IMG/VR virus record: IMGVR_UViG_3300031566_000037
Span: 1 to 56,758 of that record
Source: a virus
Length of the DNA: 56,758 nucleotides
Strand: one strand, 5' to 3'
The notes beneath the pieces were generated by a model, which did not search any database, was not told the origin of the DNA, and saw only the letters and a program-made list of their open reading frames with translations. The position numbers were made by a program, and so were the translations under genes. The first letter of the stretch is position 1. Every line of letters begins with the position of its first letter. Below, in pieces: positions 53,042 to 56,758 of this stretch.

Positions 53042-53430
53042 TGCGCCATCACCAGCCGCAGGCTCGCCTCCTGGAGCACGCTAAGATTGGCCATGACCTC
53101 CGCGTAATTATCTCCCAGCACCTCTGGCCCATCGATCACCACCGTGTCCATATCGGCATCGTTCCTGATCTCGCCGACCATCCTGAAGAACTCCTTGAAC
53201 TTCTCCTTGTGATCGGCCAGGAGTTTAAGCCCCTCGCGCCTGCTCATCCACGACTCAAAGCACTCGCGGGAGCAGAAGTCGTGGGTAATCAGATGCTCGG
53301 GAAGCAGGATATCGCCCTTCGGGTTGCGGTAACCCTCGAGCCGGATGACGCGGTTGGCGATCGCGGGATCCCCACCACATCCCCGTTCCGGAACCTCCGC
53401 GTGACATTCATCACATCTTACTAGCCTCAT
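53038..53430 (-). CDS. zinc-finger protein (130 aa)
   Basis: ATG at 53430 (ATGA overlap). Cysteine pattern CDECH...C...C..C. Confidence 0.55.
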   Translation of the reverse strand: MRLVRCDECHAEVPERGCGGDPAIANRVIRLEGYRNPKGDILLPEHLITHDFCSRECFESWMSRREGLKLLADHKEKFKEFFRMVGEIRNDADMDTVVIDGPEVLGDNYAEVMANLSVLQEASLRLVMAQ

Positions 53431-53924
53431 GTGACCTCCCCTAGCCGGACAAATGTCCTGGCCTCCTCGCGTGGTGACCGCCGCGTTGCGTTGAAGAACT
53501 CTATTACCTTCCGACACAGATCCTCATCGGAGAGCGCGCGGGGATCGATCCCCTGACTATCAAGCCAGCGGGCAAACCAGCCATCCCCTCGCTCGACCCT
53601 GGCCCGATCGATCATGTCGCCCCATCCTCTCTCGCTGTTGCCATGCCTGGCGACAAAATGAATCTCCCGTTTCTCAGCCTCCGGCTTCTTCTCCGCCATT
53701 GCGCCTCCTCTGCTTCCCCTCGCGCCGCGCTGCGCCTCCGCCCGCACCGTCTGGACGTAGAGCACGAGCATATCGTAGACGCCTGGCTCGAGAATGCTTG
53801 TGTTCGAGGGATCGGTCGGCAACCCGTTCTCGGTCGTGAGAACGAACATCCCCGCCCGATCGACCTCGCAGTACACGCCGTCGCCCAGGTAAATCTTGCC
53901 TGGGACTTCGATCTTATCCGGCAT
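53427..53924 (-). CDS. hypothetical protein (165 aa)
   Basis: ATG at 53924 preceded by AGAGGAGGCGGG. Confidence 0.55.
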   Translation of the reverse strand: MPDKIEVPGKIYLGDGVYCEVDRAGMFVLTTENGLPTDPSNTSILEPGVYDMLVLYVQTVRAEAQRGARGSRGGAMAEKKPEAEKREIHFVARHGNSERGWGDMIDRARVERGDGWFARWLDSQGIDPRALSDEDLCRKVIEFFNATRRSPREEARTFVRLGEVT

Positions 53925-54117
53925 CCCGCCTCCTCTTTGCCCGTTGCTTTGCCAGTAGTTCATCCCGATGGCACCAATAGTATGCTGCCCCTCGGGAGCG
54001 CGCGGCCCGGGCACGTTGCTCGTGATAGAGGTCGACGAGCGCCTGCCGCGCACCGCGCAGCGTTTCCAGGCGCTGGTCGATCTCATCGAATGTCGCCCGG
54101 AAGGTTGCCGCGTCCAT
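53914..54117 (-). CDS. hypothetical protein (67 aa)
   Basis: ATG at 54117 preceded by AAAGGAGGCGGG. Confidence 0.5.
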   Translation of the reverse strand: MDAATFRATFDEIDQRLETLRGARQALVDLYHEQRARAARSRGAAYYWCHRDELLAKQRAKRRRDAG

Positions 54118-54128
54118 CCCGCCTCCTT

Positions 54129-54362
54129 TCATCTGCCCAGCCTGCCGGTTAGACACAGCAGCGCCATGCGGGTAAGCGCCCCGCTATCCGGCAGGCGGAC
54201 AAGGGGTAAGTGCTTGAGTACCAGTTCGAGAGTCTCAGTGCCATCCGTCATGAGATCGTAGACCTCCGGCGGCACATAGATGGTGCCCCGAGCAAATACC
54301 GCCTTGTTCATGCCTGCCAGCATGGGTGCGACGACTACGGATATGTCGGCAAAGGGTTTCAT
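54129..54362 (-). CDS. hypothetical protein (77 aa)
   Basis: ATGA overlap with the upstream stop. Confidence 0.5.
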   Translation of the reverse strand: MKPFADISVVVAPMLAGMNKAVFARGTIYVPPEVYDLMTDGTETLELVLKHLPLVRLPDSGALTRMALLCLTGRLGR

Positions 54363-54754
54363 GACTTAGGATCCAGCACCTTCGCCAGCCAGAGGCGGTC
54401 CTTAACGGTTACAGCCTCGGCGCGTGGCGTATGCAAGATCGCGCGCAGCGCCTTCCGCACCGCTTCGATCCCATGCAGCCGCCCCTTCAGTTTCGATGTG
54501 TCCAGGTGCTTCGCCTTATTCGCACGGATCTCCGTCTGGATCGCGGTGACCTCGTGCCGCAGGGATTCCTTGAGCACAATCAACTGGCGCCGGATGAAGA
54601 ACCCCTTAGTCACCCCGGTCGAAACCGCTGCCGTCGCCACAACCTGGGAGCGCACGAGGATACCCATCTGAGCCATGCGATCGATCGCGTCGGCCAGCAA
54701 GCGCACCTCATTCTGTCGATGCTGCTCCAGGTTCATTGCCTTCAGCCTATTCAC
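54359..54754 (-). CDS. hypothetical protein (131 aa)
   Basis: GTG start 7 nt after GGAGGG. Confidence 0.55.
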   Translation of the reverse strand: MNRLKAMNLEQHRQNEVRLLADAIDRMAQMGILVRSQVVATAAVSTGVTKGFFIRRQLIVLKESLRHEVTAIQTEIRANKAKHLDTSKLKGRLHGIEAVRKALRAILHTPRAEAVTVKDRLWLAKVLDPKS

Positions 54755-54766
54755 CCTGTCGCCCTC

Positions 54767-54937
54767 CTATCCGGCTTTAAATTCATGGTATGCCGTAATC
54801 CAGTCAGGATACCCGCGCGACTCTGCCTCCCGAGTAGCAAGCCCCTCTATGAGAGACTGGCTCTCACCCTCAAGCGGCCAGGGATCCGACACCATTATTA
54901 GATCCAGAAATGCTCGGAACTCTTTATCCTCCATCAT
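54767..54937 (-). CDS. hypothetical acidic mini-protein (56 aa)
   Basis: ATG at 54937 preceded by GGAAGGAGGC. ATGA overlap. Confidence 0.5.
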   Translation of the reverse strand: MMEDKEFRAFLDLIMVSDPWPLEGESQSLIEGLATREAESRGYPDWITAYHEFKAG

Positions 54938-55098
54938 GCCTCCTTCCACCACTGGCGGCACGTCTCGCAGTAGTAGACCTCCGTCCCATGGGCGCCGAGC
55001 ATCATGAGCATCGGCTCCTCGCATTCAGGACACAGCTCCTGGTCGACCGCTACCGCCACGATCGCAAGTTCGACCGGCTCAAAGTTAGGAAGTGACAT
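54934..55098 (-). CDS. zinc-ribbon mini-protein (54 aa)
   Basis: ATG at 55098 preceded by GGAGAGGAGA. Cysteine pairs CPEC...CETC. Confidence 0.5.
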   Translation of the reverse strand: MSLPNFEPVELAIVAVAVDQELCPECEEPMLMMLGAHGTEVYYCETCRQWWKEA

Positions 55099-55312
55099 CG
55101 CCGTCTCCTCTCCGGAGATATGGCGGCACGCACCGCGGATCCCCGTCCTTCGACCACAGCGGCGCTGGCGGCACAGGACAGAATGCCCGCCATATCTCCG
55201 CCCGCACCCAGCGCCTGAGCGCCGGGTACTTCCGATCATGGGGATCCTCCGGCAGCAATCGGATCTCCGCATGCGCTACAATGGCCTTGAGTATTGCTAT
55301 CTGAAGATCCAT
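55085..55312 (-). CDS. hypothetical protein (75 aa)
   Basis: TAATG coupling. Confidence 0.4.
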   Translation of the reverse strand: MDLQIAILKAIVAHAEIRLLPEDPHDRKYPALRRWVRAEIWRAFCPVPPAPLWSKDGDPRCVPPYLRRGDGDVTS

Positions 55313-55536
55313 TATGTCATAAACCTCATGCGGCGCCGGTAGAACTCCCGCGCCTCATCGTAAAGTACCTCGCCGATCTCAGCGGCCTCCTCACAGTGGT
55401 GCTGGCTATCGCCCCAGGTAATGCATTCGATTGTCCCCGCGTCCTCATTGAGCAATATCACCACCACCTTGTTACCGCCGAACTGTGTCGCAAACCCCTT
55501 GGCTGCCTGGATCCGTGGCGTTAGATTCCCGGCCAT
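55312..55536 (-). CDS. hypothetical protein (74 aa)
   Basis: RBS GGAGAGGAGA. Confidence 0.55.
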   Translation of the reverse strand: MAGNLTPRIQAAKGFATQFGGNKVVVILLNEDAGTIECITWGDSQHHCEEAAEIGEVLYDEAREFYRRRMRFMT

Positions 55537-56025
55537 CTATGTCTCCTCTCCGGACGCCTCCTCAAGCCCACCATCGGGATCCCCCTCGGCCTCGCCTTCA
55601 TTCAGGGATAAGCCCTGGCTCTCGCCCGCGCCTGCCGCCCCGTCGTCGGCATCGGGAGCGGCATCGCCATAAGGCAGCTGTGGCGCTTCGATCGCAATCG
55701 TAACCATCACCCGCTCGCCGAGCATGCCGATGAGGTTTTGGACATCGGTTTCAGAATAATCCCCCCGCGCCAGGGTAACCGTAAGGGAATGCTCCCGCAT
55801 CCCGCCCCTGATCTTTGCCTTCGGGTGTACGTCCTTAAGGATGAATTCCGTTCTCACGCTGGCCATTGTCCCTGATCCTTCCAGTATCGGATGATGATAT
55901 TTGATAGGCTTCGCTTTAATGTCCTGCGCCACGCAGACCAGGCAAAGGCCACCCGGGGTGGCGCCATCCCGTCCGCATCGGCTGCAGGCTTTGTCCATAT
56001 CTGCCCTGACCACTAATCGTTCCAC
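55537..56025 (-). CDS. hypothetical protein with N-terminal zinc ribbon and acidic tail (~163 aa)
   Basis: GTG at 56025 lies 6 nt after GAGGTG. Cysteine pairs CSRCG...CLVC. Confidence 0.5.
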   Translation of the reverse strand: MERLVVRADMDKACSRCGRDGATPGGLCLVCVAQDIKAKPIKYHHPILEGSGTMASVRTEFILKDVHPKAKIRGGMREHSLTVTLARGDYSETDVQNLIGMLGERVMVTIAIEAPQLPYGDAAPDADDGAAGAGESQGLSLNEGEAEGDPDGGLEEASGEET

Positions 56026-56035
56026 GTGAAACACC

Positions 56036-56284
56036 TCAGAATAGTTCGCCCTGTCCCTTTCGCTTGGCTGCAGGTTCCGCATGCGCGCGTGGCTCCGGCG
56101 GTATCGCCGCGGCCTTCTCGCGGACAGCCTTTGCCTGCGCCTTCCGGCAGGCTATTGTCCGGTCGACCTGCTCCGCCAGGGCGCCATCAAAACACATCCA
56201 GCACCTGGGCACCCCACCAAACACCACCATGGCATATGCCCCGCATCGACACCGGAGTGTCTTGTTACCGTACTGGTTGCTCAT
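56036..56284 (-). CDS. zinc-ribbon protein (82 aa)
   Basis: ATG at 56284 preceded by GAGAGG. Cysteine pattern CRCG...CWMC. Confidence 0.5.
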   Translation of the reverse strand: MSNQYGNKTLRCRCGAYAMVVFGGVPRCWMCFDGALAEQVDRTIACRKAQAKAVREKAAAIPPEPRAHAEPAAKRKGQGELF

Positions 56285-56510
56285 GTCTGAGCCTCTCGAT
56301 CCGTTCCATCTCATCACGCCAGGCACGCCGCACCATTCTCAGCCGATGCTGATCGGAGAAGCGCTCCTCGAGGAATTCGATATAGAGCCGCCGCCAATCG
56401 AGCGTGCGCAGAAGCATGTCGATCTTGCCGCGGTTATGGTTCCACACCGTAAATCCGGCAGTACCATAGATCGCCCCGAGTGCGGCGACCACTATCAATG
56501 CAATGTTCAT
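56265..56510 (-). CDS. N-terminally membrane-anchored protein (81 aa), first gene of the early block
   Basis: ATG at 56510 preceded by AAAGGGGAGA. Transmembrane segment MNIALIVVAALGAIYGTAGFTVW. Confidence 0.55.
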   Translation of the reverse strand: MNIALIVVAALGAIYGTAGFTVWNHNRGKIDMLLRTLDWRRLYIEFLEERFSDQHRLRMVRRAWRDEMERIERLRHEQPVR

Positions 56511-56631
56511 CCGTCTCCCCTTTCTATGGGGCTGGCCGCAGGCGCCGTGAGATCCCGGCACCTACGACTCCTCAACAACGCTCGCCGCCCGGAGAGCTTT
56601 GTCGCCATGGCAGAGCGAACTCACACCCGCC

Positions 56632-56758
56632 ATGGCCAAGCGCCGCCTATCCCACTCCCCCTGTCGCTACACGCACCCCGAAGGGCTGATCGATCCGCCT
56701 CACTCAGCAGGGAGTGAAAACCTATCGAGTTGGCATTGTACAATCGCCCACTTTGTCC
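56632..56758. repeat. Terminal direct repeat, right copy (identical to 1..127)
   Basis: Exact 127-nt match to the window start. Confidence 0.95.

Noticed and set aside
1-56758. Cyanobacterial HIP1 (GCGATCGC) signature as a host clue
   Set aside because: I saw only about 7 copies. That is modest compared with the roughly one-per-kb density of true HIP1 genomes. The enrichment looks like part of the general GATC excess rather than HIP1.
1-56758. Lysogeny module, diversity-generating retroelement, retron, toxin-antitoxin or known defence system
   Set aside because: No integrase/recombinase, CI/Cro-like repressor pair, reverse transcriptase or recognisable toxin domains were found in any frame. 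Absence is based on motif recognition only, not on searches.

Overview
The window is a complete, closed double-stranded DNA tailed-phage genome. The first 127 bases recur exactly as the last 127, giving a unit of about 56,631 bp. The tail is siphovirus-like: there is a tape-measure gene and no sheath gene. GC content is high, roughly 58% by eye. Every credible gene lies on the minus strand. The genes fall into three blocks separated by gene-free islands. (1) 56510->50221 holds dense tiny early genes, many of them zinc ribbons. (2) 48374->18256 holds a small ORF, a Dam-like methyltransferase, ParB, small terminase, an alkaline-phosphatase/sulfatase-superfamily gene, large terminase, portal, MuF, a ChaB-protease-scaffold fusion, major capsid, a family 9 glycosyltransferase (GT9), head accessory genes, head-tail joining genes, tail tube, frameshifted chaperones, tape measure, tail tip, three receptor-binding-like paralogs, lysis genes and a sugar-modification cassette. 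(3) 17905->384 holds replication and recombination genes (Sak4-like ATPase, SSB-like protein, winged-helix initiator, DUF932, Cas4-like nuclease, RusA) plus secreted accessory proteins and a cysteine-less radical-SAM-like protein. No integrase, repressor, tRNA, CRISPR array or reverse transcriptase was seen. Four things look most worth following up. First, a 1.85-kb gene desert (48375..50220) carries about 9-10 same-orientation copies of an 18-bp motif spaced 43 bp apart, plus operator-like palindromes. Second, glycan and phosphoester enzymes sit inside virion operons: GT9 directly after the capsid gene, and the alkaline-phosphatase-superfamily gene translationally coupled between the two terminase genes. 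Third, GATC and GGATCC are strongly over-represented in a genome that encodes its own Dam-type methyltransferase. Fourth, three tandem tail-fibre-like paralogs share one N-terminal motif. All family assignments come from motifs I recognise by eye, not from database searches.
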